A DNA stretch of 64,000 nt from the NCBI GenBank assembly GCA_010093815.1, contig ML996567.1. The stretch is one strand, 5' to 3'. Both the position numbers and the translations under genes were made by a program. This DNA comes from Pseudovirgaria hyperparasitica (lineage: Eukaryota). The notes under the pieces were generated by a model, which saw only the letters and a program-made list of their open reading frames with translations, did not search any database and was not told the origin of the DNA. This document shows positions 24,021 to 35,618 of the stretch, one piece after another. Positions within the stretch are counted from its first letter, which is position 1. Each line of letters starts with the position of its first letter.

Positions 24021-26530
24021 AGGTGTTGCAATGCGTGCAATTACGACACTAACGTTTGTCCGGGAAGGTCTACTTCTGTGGATAAGTCTGTTGCACGCGC
24101 AGCTTGAGATAACCGGCGGCAACGACTTTCACGGTTTGATCCGAGTATATTCGACGTGCTTACAGTGAGGATTCAATTGTCTTCGCTTTCGAGCGTGTCC
24201 ACGCGGGTGAGCAGTCGTGGCTGAGCAGCTAGGCGACTGGCGTGGATGATACGCGATCGTGATGGTGTATCTTTTAGGTCTAGGCCCAGCACAACTGTCT
24301 CCATACACACCAAGCTGCTGTGAATTGGTTTGAGAGGATGGTATCAAAGTAGCAGGATCGGCTGAATGAATGCGGACGGCGGGAGTAATGCTATATCGAG
24401 CAGAGAATGGTACGGTTGAGGGTAATGTTCCGAGGCGGAGGAATTGATAGGTTTCGGAGGTCAAGGCGGTGCGAGCAAGGAGCGTCAGTTGAATCGAGAT
24501 GGAGTATGGAGCAGGGGTGTGGTAAAAGAGTGTTTCTAGAGAGTGGACAGATACAGAAGCGAAGGACGACGGTAAAGAGTAGTGAGCGAGGAAGGAGCAA
24601 AGAAGACGTTGCCAGCGTCTTGAGCAAAAAGGACTGTGAGGATGGTTAGAAAAAGCTGTCAGAGGGGGAAACAGGACGAGAGCGCACGAGGAAAAGAAAG
24701 GTGTGTGAGAGAGAAGCCGCCGGGCAGTCTCCCGCTCTGGTTCCTGAGTCTGAAGGGGGACAAGGCTAGTTTTGGGGGGGGGAGGACCATGTACGTACCT
24801 TGCAGCGTAAGGGGGGCAAGATGGAAAAAAGACGAGAGCACAAAGCTCGACTGTGACTGGACCAGCACGCCCGTTTTCTCCACGCTGAGGAGAGATGACA
24901 AGGGGGGAGGGGAGGGGGAAGGGGTTTGCAGAAAAGCAGCACAGCAGAAAAGTAGGCTCTTAGCGTCGACGATCCCGGCCAATTGACAAAGGTCCGCTGG
25001 TCGATGGTTCGACGAGCTGATGGTGTAGACGGCCCGGCGACGGCAGCAATCGTGGCGCGCTCAGTTCCGGACTTGGGGGAGACTTGGGTGTGTGGGCCTG
25101 GCTGCTGGCAAGGTTGTGTGAAGAAAGTGGGCAGAGGAGGCGAAGGGATTGGAGCAAGTGGTGGTGGTGGTCAAGGCAGGATTAACGTTTGTGTCGGTGT
25201 TGAGGAAGCGAGGTATGGGGGGAGTCAAGGAGGGTGGTGGTAGTAGGCAGGGCAGCAGCCCAACGAAAGACGTGGAAGAAACGGAATTGTTTCAGTGGAG
25301 ATGGGCGAGAAGCGGAGGCTCGAAATGAGAAGTGTGATGATGAAGAGGATGGATGGATGGATGGATGGATGGCGAAACGTAGTGTATGGATGGACGGATG
25401 GTGATAGGTGAGTGGTGGTGGTGGTGGTGGTGGTATGGTAGTAGGTTGGTCAGCGGGAATGGAGGCCTGCCCGTGAAGCCTCGTACTCGCACATTCGCAC
25501 ACTCGCACACTCGCACAAACACCACCACACTGTCCACACACATTGTCAGTATGCACCTTTGCAGTCCTAGTGGCTGCACAACACAACACGCTCTGGTGGT
25601 GAGTTGGTGGCAGCTGTACGGCATCAATGGTTGGGCTGACTGTTGATATGTCTGTCTCTTGTGGCAAGGTAGATAATTGGTGTAGCTAATGAACGAGGAT
25701 ATCAATTTAGTAGACTCGTGGCTGGACACGGATACGGGATGAAGAAGGGCATGCTCTCTCTCATGCACAGCACAGCACCTCCAATGCAGTGATGCACAGC
25801 TTCGAACGATCGCAAGCTTCCTCGATCGATTCGAGAGAGAGAGAGAGAGAGAGAGATTTGACTTGGTTGACATGGTGCTTGTCAGTGTCGTTGTCAGCAG
25901 GGGGGAGCAGCAACTTTGGGACACCTGGGGCCACTTTGGGGCAGTTGGGGCCACTTTGGGGCAGTTGGGGCCACTCTTGGTCCACTAGAATTCGGCTGTT
26001 CCTGGCTACCCAAGCCGCCACCACCCACCGCCCACCGCCCACCAAGCCCTCTACCGGGACACACACACATACATAACACATGTGCAAAGGCCCCCACTTG
26101 CCGGGGACAACTCTTCTTCTGAAACACGAGCCAGGTATTAGCCAGTGTCGACTGACAAGAGCAATTAAAAGTGTCAGAAGCTGCTGGACCGTCAATTCGA
26201 GTATTATTATCTTCAATCTCACGCAGCTATGAAAAAGGTTCTCTCTCAGCTGGTACTGCAATACCTACCTGTAATTATCTGTCTTGTACCTGCACCTGTA
26301 CCTGTACCTGTACCTGTACCTGTCCTGTGTCCCTGGTGCTGTATCGGTCGGTGCACAGGCAGAAAGCAGCAGTCCCTCCAAGCGGTGTTTGCATCTGTAC
26401 CTTGTACCTGCACCTGCACCTGTACCTGCGCGCGCACCCAAGGCCAACCGATGCTCCGGTGCATGGGTGGGTAGATGGTTGGATGGATGAATAGATGAAC
26501 GAATCGATGATAGCTGGATGCATGATGCAT
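23976..26530. repeat. Simple-repeat-rich intergenic region: (TG)n 23976-24016, (GGAT)n, (GGT)n, (GA)n about 25832-25856, 20-bp tandem 25927-25974, (TGTACC)n about 26285-26428
   Basis: Seen directly in the sequence. Confidence 0.85.
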
Positions 26531-28826
26531 ACATGGAGAGATGGGTGATGCGTAATGTGAGCATAATGCCGCCCTGACCCAATGACTGGGGCCGGGCCCA
26601 AAGAGAAGAGCTGTCGACCAATTTGCCGCCTTTCCTGTTCCTGAAAGCTGGGCAAACCGACCCCCAGCTGGGCCGGTTAGCTAATATCTAGGCTGTTGGG
26701 CCACTAATCCCTAGGCTGCCACCACGCTATCCCCTGCCTATTCCTAGGCTGCTACACTGCCTAAACTACAGTACTACTACTAATTACCACCTAAACTACC
26801 TAGCCGCTCCACCTAGTAAAATACTCTAGCCAGCAGTCCAGCTGTCGCCGCCGGCTTGTGTTTATTCTGTCCTGTCGTTGTAGTCTCTGTGTCTCCCCTC
26901 CAATATATTCATATATCCCTCTCGTCCAATCATTGCTGCCCTGCCCCTTTCCATCTGGCCCATGCTCCTTGATAGTACAGTACCTTGCCATTAGCTTTTT
27001 TGTTTTTTTTTTTGCCCACTACACCTTTGACAGGCCTTTTTATAACCCATCTTACGCACTAATTATCACTTGCTTGGTTCTGGTCTACTATAAGTCATAA
27101 TTGCTAATTTGGTCCACTCGTCTTGCCTGCCCTCCCCCCGGACGCACGCCTCTACCAGCAGCCAACAAGCATTTATCGTCATCGATCAAGCTGTTACTGT
27201 GTACAACAAAGGCTGTCTGCCCGCCCTGCCCCGGATTCCGCTCTGTTCTTTGGAGCCTCGGAGCGTACAAAGACAATAGACTGGCCTTTGGTCGTGGCGC
27301 CGGACCCCCTTCGTTGCCCAATTTGCCTGCTCTTGCTTCCACGTGAGCTCTCTGTCTCATGATAGATGATAATATGGTAATCTGGGCATCGTTCGTACCA
27401 CCCGGCCTGACGGGACACGCAGTCGATCCATTCCTGTCCACAAACTATCTTTGACGCGACGCGTCCATGAACCTGTCCTCACACGCGCGCATACGACATC
27501 ATATAGCGTCTGCCAATTCAGCCTCTTCACTGCGCCACATGCAACCCCATTTGATGATATGCGGGGGTGGAATAAGTAAACTCTCTCCAGTCCAGCTAAT
27601 TACTGTACAGTATCATCGATGCAGAGTTACGCAGCTACTCTCTCCATGCCCAATACGCGGCATCAAGGACGTGACCTCTGACCACCAAGTTTCATAACAA
27701 ACATCGGATCATAACACGATTCAGCTACAACGCTTCATATCACCATCACAATCGCGATCGATCGCCAGTGACGCACGCCAAACATTCCAATCCGCCATAT
27801 CAAACCTTGGGAACCTCCCAAACAATCACCGCCAGGATCACCTCTTGATGTCGGTCGGTGCACCAGCCAGCATTCGCCCATCCATCCATCCCATTTCCCA
27901 GACCGCATGCCTACAATCCCCATGATCCGTCCAACTTTAAATCATGTCCCCACGTGCGCGACTTTTCCAATCTTCGGCAAAACTTTTCTGGTTTCTGGAA
28001 CGCACCTTTCGCATTTCCAAAACCACGGTAAAAGACAAAACACAGACCCTCGCCTCCAATCAACTTGTAACAAACAAGGTTCCTGTGCTTATATTTGCAA
28101 GGCCAACCCTAGCGTCCTGGCCTGGGAGTTTTCCAGCAATTGTTGTTGAACTGTGCGGCAGGATCTGATCGGTTTTTTCATCAGGTCATTCGACTCGAAA
28201 AGTCGTCTTGTTAATTTCACAGTCCAGCAGCAGTCGTCCATGACCGGACCGCCACACTGTGAGCATGCAGCAGTGAAACGCACGGATTGCTGCGTCACAG
28301 CGCAGAATCCGCAGTTTCTAGCCCATGCCCTTCCTGGCCATTCTGGAAAACTCTTTGCTGTGGCAGACAATATCCTCCTACTTCCGACGATCTTAGTAGT
28401 CCCCTTGATGCAGTCGTATCATCAAAACGCATGCCCGATTCGGCACATCAGCCGTATTTGGACAATACCAAAACAATTTGACATCGGATGCGCCTTTGTT
28501 GTTCGACCAAGCCAGCTGGATCCAGTAGACAAGAGAAAAAAAAAAGCAACACCTGTCGGACATGTGTGTGTGTGCTGCAGTATCAAATGTCCGATGCATG
28601 CTGGTGCAGCTGCTTTCATTTCCTGCGCCATCAGCTGCAATTGCTCTTGTCCGACCAGCAGTTCCATTCACATCTCAAGCCATGATTCATCACAGAGCTG
28701 ACCAGGCTACTGATTCTGTGCTGGCAGTCAGAACAAGTCGCGGCTTGACCAGCTACCGTATGTGCATCCAAGTGAGTACCTGAAGGCTCACTGCCGTCTT
28801 CGCATGGCAGTCATGGTCAACATGAC

Positions 28827-30212
28827 TCAATATCGAGCGTCCATGTCTTCCAAGTCCCGATCGTCAGAGTCACTCTCATCCAGCACAGCCGCAGGACTAT
28901 CATCAACACCATCATCCATAGACAGCGCCCTCCTCTGTGCAGTCGTAAGCTCCACCACCAGCGGCGCAAACTCGCCCGTCTCATCATCCTCATCATACCC
29001 ACAAACCTCCGCCTCAACCTGCTCCCCATCCTCCAACTGAAACATGCCCTTTCTCAAAAAACTCCCCCCAACCTCCCACCCAAACTCCACACGCAAGAAT
29101 TCCTCAAACTCATCCAACTCATCCACAACATCCGCCTTGCCAGCCCCATCCACATCCTCCAAGCCCGCCCTGAACTTGCGCACCAAGCTCTTAAGCAACG
29201 CCCCGCCATCCTCAGACATATCAAACAGTCCCCCATCCACATCCTGACTATGCCTAAGCTGCACCTTCAACGTCCTAATCGTCTCAACAAACAACTCCGC
29301 CCTCTGCCCCACCGCCCCCCGACACGTAAACAACAAGCCCAACACCCGCTTCCACTGCTCCAAACACGAGTAATTCCCCAGCGTCAGCACCATCACAAAG
29401 CAGAACTGCATCTCCCCCAACACCTCGTACCCGTCCTTGCCGTGACAGTTCCGCTCCACGAGCTCGTTCAGCGCCCACGTCCGGTCCTGCGCCGCATCCG
29501 TCCGCTCCCGCCCCGTTGCGCCCTCCCGCCACGTCTGCCGCAGGTTGATCGGGAGAAAACGCAATTCTCGCCCTGTTGCTGCTGTTGCTGCGGCTTCGCT
29601 ACTCGTAAGACCCGGTATCTCGTCCACGTCCTGCGCCGCTGAACTCCCTGTTGTGAGACTCCAGCTCCATGCTTGCTCGCTGTCTGCATCATCAGCATCA
29701 TCCGCCGCTCCTGCCCCCGTGACGCGTGTGAGCAGCGCGGATGTGACATGCGATGTCAGGAGGCGCCAGTCTGCGCCGTCGTCGAATGTCTGCGCTGCTA
29801 CGCCCTGCCCGGAGGCAGTCTGTCGGTACGCCAGCAAGCCGGACTCCCACAGCGCTCCTACCCGCGCGCGCGCCCGGTCGAGCTCCGCTGCGTCTGAGAA
29901 AGACTCCGGCACGAGGGTCTCGGTTTTGGCGTCCCATTTCGCGGCGAGGACATCCGGTGGTGATGGTAGTGGTGGTGATGATGATGATGATGCAGGGCCG
30001 GGAACGTGGAACCAGAGACCGTGGCGCAGACTGAACGAGTCTGTGGCGCTGGCGAAGACGAAGTGGAAGCCTGGGGGCAGCAGTTTTATGCCGTGGAAGT
30101 TGGGCCCGGGGGTGAAGGAGAGGAGGTCGATGCCGGTGAGGGCGGTGGGCGGGAGGCCGGTTAGGAGGAGGGTTGTTGTTGTTGTTGAGGAGGGCGTTTG
30201 GGGTGGTGGCAT
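28827..30212 (-). CDS. AAR2: AAR2, U5 snRNP assembly factor
   Basis: GIDLLSF...FHGIKLLPPGFHFV, RT.AAQDRTWAL, LGEMQFCFVMVLTLGNYSCLEQWKRVL, acidic C-terminus with EDDETGEFAPLVV. Confidence 0.92.
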   Translation of the reverse strand: MPPPQTPSSTTTTTLLLTGLPPTALTGIDLLSFTPGPNFHGIKLLPPGFHFVFASATDSFSLRHGLWFHVPGPASSSSSPPLPSPPDVLAAKWDAKTETLVPESFSDAAELDRARARVGALWESGLLAYRQTASGQGVAAQTFDDGADWRLLTSHVTSALLTRVTGAGAADDADDADSEQAWSWSLTTGSSAAQDVDEIPGLTSSEAAATAATGRELRFLPINLRQTWREGATGRERTDAAQDRTWALNELVERNCHGKDGYEVLGEMQFCFVMVLTLGNYSCLEQWKRVLGLLFTCRGAVGQRAELFVETIRTLKVQLRHSQDVDGGLFDMSEDGGALLKSLVRKFRAGLEDVDGAGKADVVDELDEFEEFLRVEFGWEVGGSFLRKGMFQLEDGEQVEAEVCGYDEDDETGEFAPLVVELTTAQRRALSMDDGVDDSPAAVLDESDSDDRDLEDMDARY

Positions 30213-30602
30213 TGTTGTTGATTTTGAGGATGGATGGATGGTTCTATGGGCTGGGGGCTGTTTAGGTTTATGGGGATGCTGTGAGGCTTGTTGGGGATGT
30301 ATAGAGTAGGTTATTGGGATGATTGGGTGCTGCGGTCATTTCGATATCATAGTCTTGGGATGTACGATAATTACCTATGTCTGGAGATGTTGTGTTAGGA
30401 AGGAACGACAAGTTCGTCTAGCAAGCACATGTCATGAATTGCGAAAATGCGGTTCAGGTCCGTGCTTGAGCTTCCCCCTCGAGCTCTGACGTCGACTAGC
30501 GCACTCCACTAGAAACATCATCCACCTCCAGGGCTTCAAGCTCCCGTGCCGCCAGCCAGCCAGCCATAACAGAGCTCACAACGCAACTCAATTGCCACTG
30601 CC

Positions 30603-32018
30603 ATGACGGGAAAGTCGCGATGGGCGGACAGCCAGGAGGACGCCGTCGCCGAAGAGCAGCGGAGAAAAGAAAAGGAGGCGAAGAAGCGCGCAAAGCTAGC
30701 ACAACAGAAGCTCGCAGAGGAACGTCGCAAACAACATGAACAACAAGAACAACAACAAGGAGGGGTTCGTGACGACCTCGAGAACCGGCCCGCGAAACGG
30801 CAAAGACTCTCACCGGCTCAGAATACCGACACGGCTCAGAAGACCGACAAAGCTGCTGAAGCGCCAACAAAGCTCCTCAAATTCCATGCGCCGTCTTTGG
30901 GCCCTTGCAGACACGTCGACAACTTCGAACGGCTGAATCACATCGAGGAGGGCTCGTATGGCTGGGTTTCAAGAGCAAGGGAGATTGCGACAGGAGAGGT
31001 GGTGGCGCTCAAGAAGCTCAAAATGGACAATCTGAATGACGGTTTCCCAGTGACCGCACTGCGAGAGATACAGACCCTCAAAGCCTCAAAACACCCCAAC
31101 ATTGTCGATCTGCGCGAAGTCGTTGTAGGCGACGGAGACGACTTCAGTGATGTATTCCTGGTAATGGACTTTCTGGAGCACGATCTCAGGACGCTGCAAG
31201 AAGACATGGCCGAGCCCTTCCTACCGTCTGAAACAAAGACACTCCTCCTCCAGCTCGCGTCCGCCATGGAATTCCTCCACGACCACTGGATCATCCATCG
31301 CGACCTCAAGACCTCAAACATCCTCATGAACAACCGCGGCGAGATCAAGATCGCCGACTTCGGCATGGCACGCTACTTCAGCGACCCCCCGCCTCCAAAC
31401 CTCACCCAGCTCGTCGTCACCCTCTGGTACCGCGCCCCAGAGCTCCTCCTCGGCGCCTCCACCTACGACACCGCAATCGACATGTGGTCCGTCGGCTGCA
31501 TCTTCGGCGAACTCCTCACCAAAGACCCGCTCCTCCAGGGCAAGAACGAAGTCGACCAGCTCGCCAAGATCTTCGCCCTCGCCGGCATCCCCAACGACGA
31601 CTCCTGGCCCGGCTTCCGCCGCCTCCCCAACGCCAGAGCCCTCCGTCTGCCGCGCCTCCCCAACCCGCCCAAATCCTCCGCCCTCATCCGCTCCAAATTC
31701 CCCATCCTGACCAACGCAGGCAGCGCCCTGCTCGCCGCCCTGCTCTCCCTCAACCCAGCCTCCCGGCCGACCGCGACGGAGATGCTCGCCCATCCCTACT
31801 TCCGCGAACAGCCTAAGCCCAAGTCAAAGGCCATGTTCCCCACCTTTCCCAGCAAGGCGGGCCAGGAAAAGCGTCGTCGTAGGGCGACGCCCGATGCGCC
31901 GAAGCGGGGTGAGAAGGGCGCGTTTGCGAAGGGCAGGGACGCCGTCGACCTTACTGGCTTGTTTTCCGGGCGGGATGCGGAGGCGGCGGGGGCGGGGTTC
32001 AGGTTGAAGATGGTGTGA
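30603..32018 (+). CDS. CDK11/PITSLRE-like Ser/Thr kinase (Ppk23/NpkA type)
   Basis: IEEGSYGWV, VALKKLK, GFPVTALREI, HRDLKTSNIL, DFGMAR, VVTLWYRAPE and a C-terminal MFPTFPSKA motif. Confidence 0.95.
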   Translation: MTGKSRWADSQEDAVAEEQRRKEKEAKKRAKLAQQKLAEERRKQHEQQEQQQGGVRDDLENRPAKRQRLSPAQNTDTAQKTDKAAEAPTKLLKFHAPSLGPCRHVDNFERLNHIEEGSYGWVSRAREIATGEVVALKKLKMDNLNDGFPVTALREIQTLKASKHPNIVDLREVVVGDGDDFSDVFLVMDFLEHDLRTLQEDMAEPFLPSETKTLLLQLASAMEFLHDHWIIHRDLKTSNILMNNRGEIKIADFGMARYFSDPPPPNLTQLVVTLWYRAPELLLGASTYDTAIDMWSVGCIFGELLTKDPLLQGKNEVDQLAKIFALAGIPNDDSWPGFRRLPNARALRLPRLPNPPKSSALIRSKFPILTNAGSALLAALLSLNPASRPTATEMLAHPYFREQPKPKSKAMFPTFPSKAGQEKRRRRATPDAPKRGEKGAFAKGRDAVDLTGLFSGRDAEAAGAGFRLKMV

Positions 32019-32799
32019 GGGGGGGTGGTGGTTGGGTAAGTATCGAATAATGTAGTCCTTCCCTGTGGTTTTGTGCATTTGTGCTGATGTTGATGTAGGC
32101 TGTTTGTGTGGTTTGTTGGGTGGGAGGGGGGTTAAGGGGGGTGTAGAGAGGTGATGCTTTGGCGGTGGGCTTCGGGGTTGTGGTAGTGATGTTTGTGTAG
32201 CCAGCACAGAATGAAGAGGTTCTGTGGGTTTGGTCACGTCGTGATTTGTGTGTCGTGCTTGATGTAGCTGTGTTGATGGCTACGGCGCATGTCGGATCTC
32301 GTGTCCCTTTTTGCCAGTCATACCCCTTCTGCCAGTTACATATCCCAGAAACACGAGTATCAAGGAGTACTCATCCGCGATCCTGCGTAAGACAGGGACA
32401 GGACACCAGGAGGCAAAACCGACATTGTAGAGAAAGAGGGGGCTGGATGAACGATGTGCTTTTACGGTTGAATGGGCGCGTGTATCGTTCACACGCTATG
32501 TGGTGAATGTCTGGAGGTATGGCTCATGTGTTGTGCGGATGTACCACAGAGGAGTATGTATGTTATATATATGTTATACATAAAGTGTTCATAGGTGCTT
32601 TTCTTGTTGGAATGTATTCCTGACTGCTCACTTACTTACTATTCGAGGGTTTAAGATCATAGTGGTAGACACTGTAGAAACTGCGTCTGTCTACACACAC
32701 ACACACACATACACAAACCGGCACGCCTTTCTCCCCCCAGAAAAAACCACAAATTTCTACACCGACACATCACCACACCCCATCCCGCCCCCCCCCCAA

Positions 32800-32955
32800 A
32801 TGCCCGAACACCCAAAAAGTCGCAATCCCTGGCGTTGGCTCAGAGAATGGCTCCATTCCATCGCCGAAGAGGACCGATGGATGCGCGAAAACAAGGAGCG
32901 GCGCAGACGGGAACGCGAGGAGCGGCAGGAGAGGATGTTTCTGGGTGGGCTTTGA
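32800..32955 (+). CDS. Putative 51-aa orphan microprotein
   Basis: AAATG after a C/A-rich leader. Reads MPEHPKSRNPWRWLREWLHSIAEEDRWMRENKERRRREREERQERMFLGGL, followed by a G/T-rich 3' region like neighbouring genes. Confidence 0.4.
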   Translation: MPEHPKSRNPWRWLREWLHSIAEEDRWMRENKERRRREREERQERMFLGGL

Positions 32956-33441
32956 GGGTGACTTTGGACTTTCTTCAATTTGAGGGAGAAACGGGGGGTG
33001 GTGACCATTCAATATTTTCTTTTCTCTGGACATGGGCATGTATAGTTAGTTCATTGTGCAGGCGGATTGGCTTTCACGGGGATCTTGGTGTAAGGGGTGG
33101 GTGGGTGGGTGGCGTTGTGTTGGGGGGTGTGGTTAGGGAACAATGTCGTCGTGGCGATGGTTGTGACTTTGCTCTTTCTTTCTTCTGTTGGTGTTTGGAA
33201 TGGGGGGTTGTGTGTGTGTATATATATGTGTTGCGCGCTGTGAGAGAAGGTTTGGGTACTTGGTACTTGGTATGACTTGGACTGCTTGAGGACTGCTATA
33301 CTATTCGCTGCTATCTCATACTGAGCAGAAACCTTTACGGCAACGTTTCGGACGTGATAATCTATCAATATCCCGTAGTACTACTCTCACAGAAAACATC
33401 ACAAACATCACAACACACAAACCCAAACCCCAGCCAAAACC

Positions 33442-33765
33442 ATGCCAAAACCCAAGACACCCCAGACAACAAACCCGCCTCCCCAAGCCCACACAGCCGC
33501 AGCACAGCCAAACCCACACGTGCAAACAACTGAAGCCACACCCCCAGCATCATGCCCTACCACGACGCCAAGCGAGACAGTAGCCAAACGAAGCCAATAC
33601 GAAAACGCCCGGGCGTTTATGGACAAGATGCTCACAAAGGAAGAGCAGGAGAGAGGCAAGGCCGAACTCAAGAAGCTGTTCACGAAAAAGGTAGTGCCGT
33701 ATCTCAAGACTGAGGTGCGGCCGCTTGTGATCAACGCGGTCATGAAGAAGCAGACGAGGAAGTGA
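33442..33765 (+). CDS. Putative 107-aa orphan protein
   Basis: ACCATG after a C/A-rich leader. Pro/Thr-rich N-half and a helical, charged C-half with coding-like codon use. Confidence 0.5.
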   Translation: MPKPKTPQTTNPPPQAHTAAAQPNPHVQTTEATPPASCPTTTPSETVAKRSQYENARAFMDKMLTKEEQERGKAELKKLFTKKVVPYLKTEVRPLVINAVMKKQTRK

Positions 33766-33875
33766 GGAAGGGGTGGTGAGACGGTCGGACCAGATGATCA
33801 TAGCATGGATAGTACTCTGTCCAGTACGATAGAATAGATTCTAAACGACTTATAATAAACTATCATCTCCCAAAC

Positions 33876-35277
33876 CTAGATACCCAACCCACCCACATCC
33901 ACACTCGTCTCCCGCCCCTCCACCATCTCCCCCACCACCTTCCCCGTCCCCAAACACTGCGAAATCCCCCACGCCCCATGCCCAGCCGCAACAAACACGC
34001 CGCCCTGGCCCCCACCCCTTGTCCTCACCCCGCCAAGCCGCCCATCATCCACCCTCCCGACCAACGGCCTCCCCCCCGCCGCCACAGGCCGGAAACACAC
34101 CGATTCCCGGATAACACGCAGATCCGACTCCCGGGCTTCCGGGTGTCCGAGGAGCAGTTCGGCGACTTTCTTGAGCTGGTCGATAGATGCGGGTTGTGGG
34201 ACGGCGTCGGATGCGCGGTCTGGCAGGGGTAGAGACGAGGAGTTTAGCCCTGCGATGTACAGCTCGCCGGCGCGGCGGGCGAAGATCTCGGGGGCGAAGC
34301 CGGCGGCGGCGTCGTCGGGGGCGAAGAGGGCGTGGCAGGCTTGGGTCCTCCTGCTCTGCGTGGTAGGTGTCCAGCGCGGGCTCTTGAGGAGGAGGGAGTG
34401 GCCGGCTAGGGCACTGATTGGGGGGCTGTAGGTGGATGCTGGGAAGAGGGTTTTGAAGACTGCTGGTGTCCAGGCGCCGGCTGTGAGGACGAGGCGGGTG
34501 CAGGGTATGTTTGACTCGACGCCGTTGATGGCGTCGTGTATGCGGATGGAGGCGAGGGTGTCGTCGCGGGTGTCTTTGGAGATGGAGATGGCGCGGGCTG
34601 GGTGGTGGAGGTGGACGCCGGCGGCTAGGCATTCGTCGAGGAGGAATTTGGAGAGCTGTAATGGGTCGCTTGTGAATTCTTTGTTAGTGGAGTCTTTGTG
34701 GGGGATGTAGCTTGTAAGGGGCTCATGACCTACACTTGAGCGGTAGTTTCCTTGCTACTTATCACTTCGACGGTGTCTTCTTGCGACGTCGTCAACCAGG
34801 GTGGAAGCTGGTCCTGGCTTTCGCCTGAGATGGACGAGTCTGCCGCTGCAGTATTCGCCCGGCTGGTGCCATCGCGAAGCCAATCCTCTCCGCTACCATC
34901 TACTGCCTCCTCGCTGTCCCTCGATAGGGATGACGTGATGGTGGAGCTGTATCCCCATCTCTCCCTCCCGTTGCTCTTCTCAGCCAGCTCCCTGTGAAGC
35001 TGAAAGGAGAGAGCTCCGAGAGGTGCTACAACAGGAGCAAACCCTGCAGTATTGTCAGCTAGTCACTTGGACACATGAGAAGAGGCGGGAAGGGATGGTG
35101 CCTACAATCTTTAGCCAGGAAGCCTCCCGCAAATCCAGAAGCACACTTGAACAGCTCCTCCGAAGCCTCCACCAGATGTATTGATTGCGCCGCGGTGTTG
35201 GTCGATTGCGAAAGGTAGTACGCGGTTGAGCAGCCGATTATGCCGGCACCGATTATCACGGTGTTGTTTTGTGCCAT
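33876..35277 (-). CDS. FAD-dependent oxidoreductase (DAO family, TDA3/BTN3-like), 2 introns
   Basis: VIIGAGIIGCSTAYYL dinucleotide-binding motif, ASGFAGGFLA, and C-terminal CFRPV...FVAAGHGAWGISQCLGTG. Confidence 0.88.
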
Positions 35278-35618
35278 TGCTATCGGATTACTGGACTTGG
35301 ATTCTAAACAACTCTACCGTGAGCCGAACGACGGATTGTCCATCGAGTCGACCATAATATAGTCGGCAGTAGCATTTGAAAATGCACCAACCCTTCGCGA
35401 CATCCGGGAGTGTACAATCGGCTTGTCGTTCGAGAGCAACGCCTTGATTGCCCCACCAACATCCGGATCCATAGGGGTGGTCTCTGCCCCTTGTACGTCA
35501 GAAAAACGGGTGGGGTTGGCGATACAGACTTCGTTCGGTCTGCCGCGCTTCCCGACAAGATCCTGCACCAGAACGAGCGATCAGACTTCCAAAGCACCAT
35601 CAACTGCAGAGACTAACC

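Noticed and set aside
25921..25980. CRISPR-like appearance of short repeats
   Set aside because: Head-to-tail tandem copies without unique spacers, in eukaryotic DNA.
25182..26655. ORFs with poly-His, poly-Trp, CT, VP and QV repeats
   Set aside because: Translations of microsatellites, not metal-binding proteins.
29545..30309. 254-aa plus-strand ORF and other overlapping ORFs at 28.8-34.7 kb
   Set aside because: Antisense or alternative frames kept open by high GC content.
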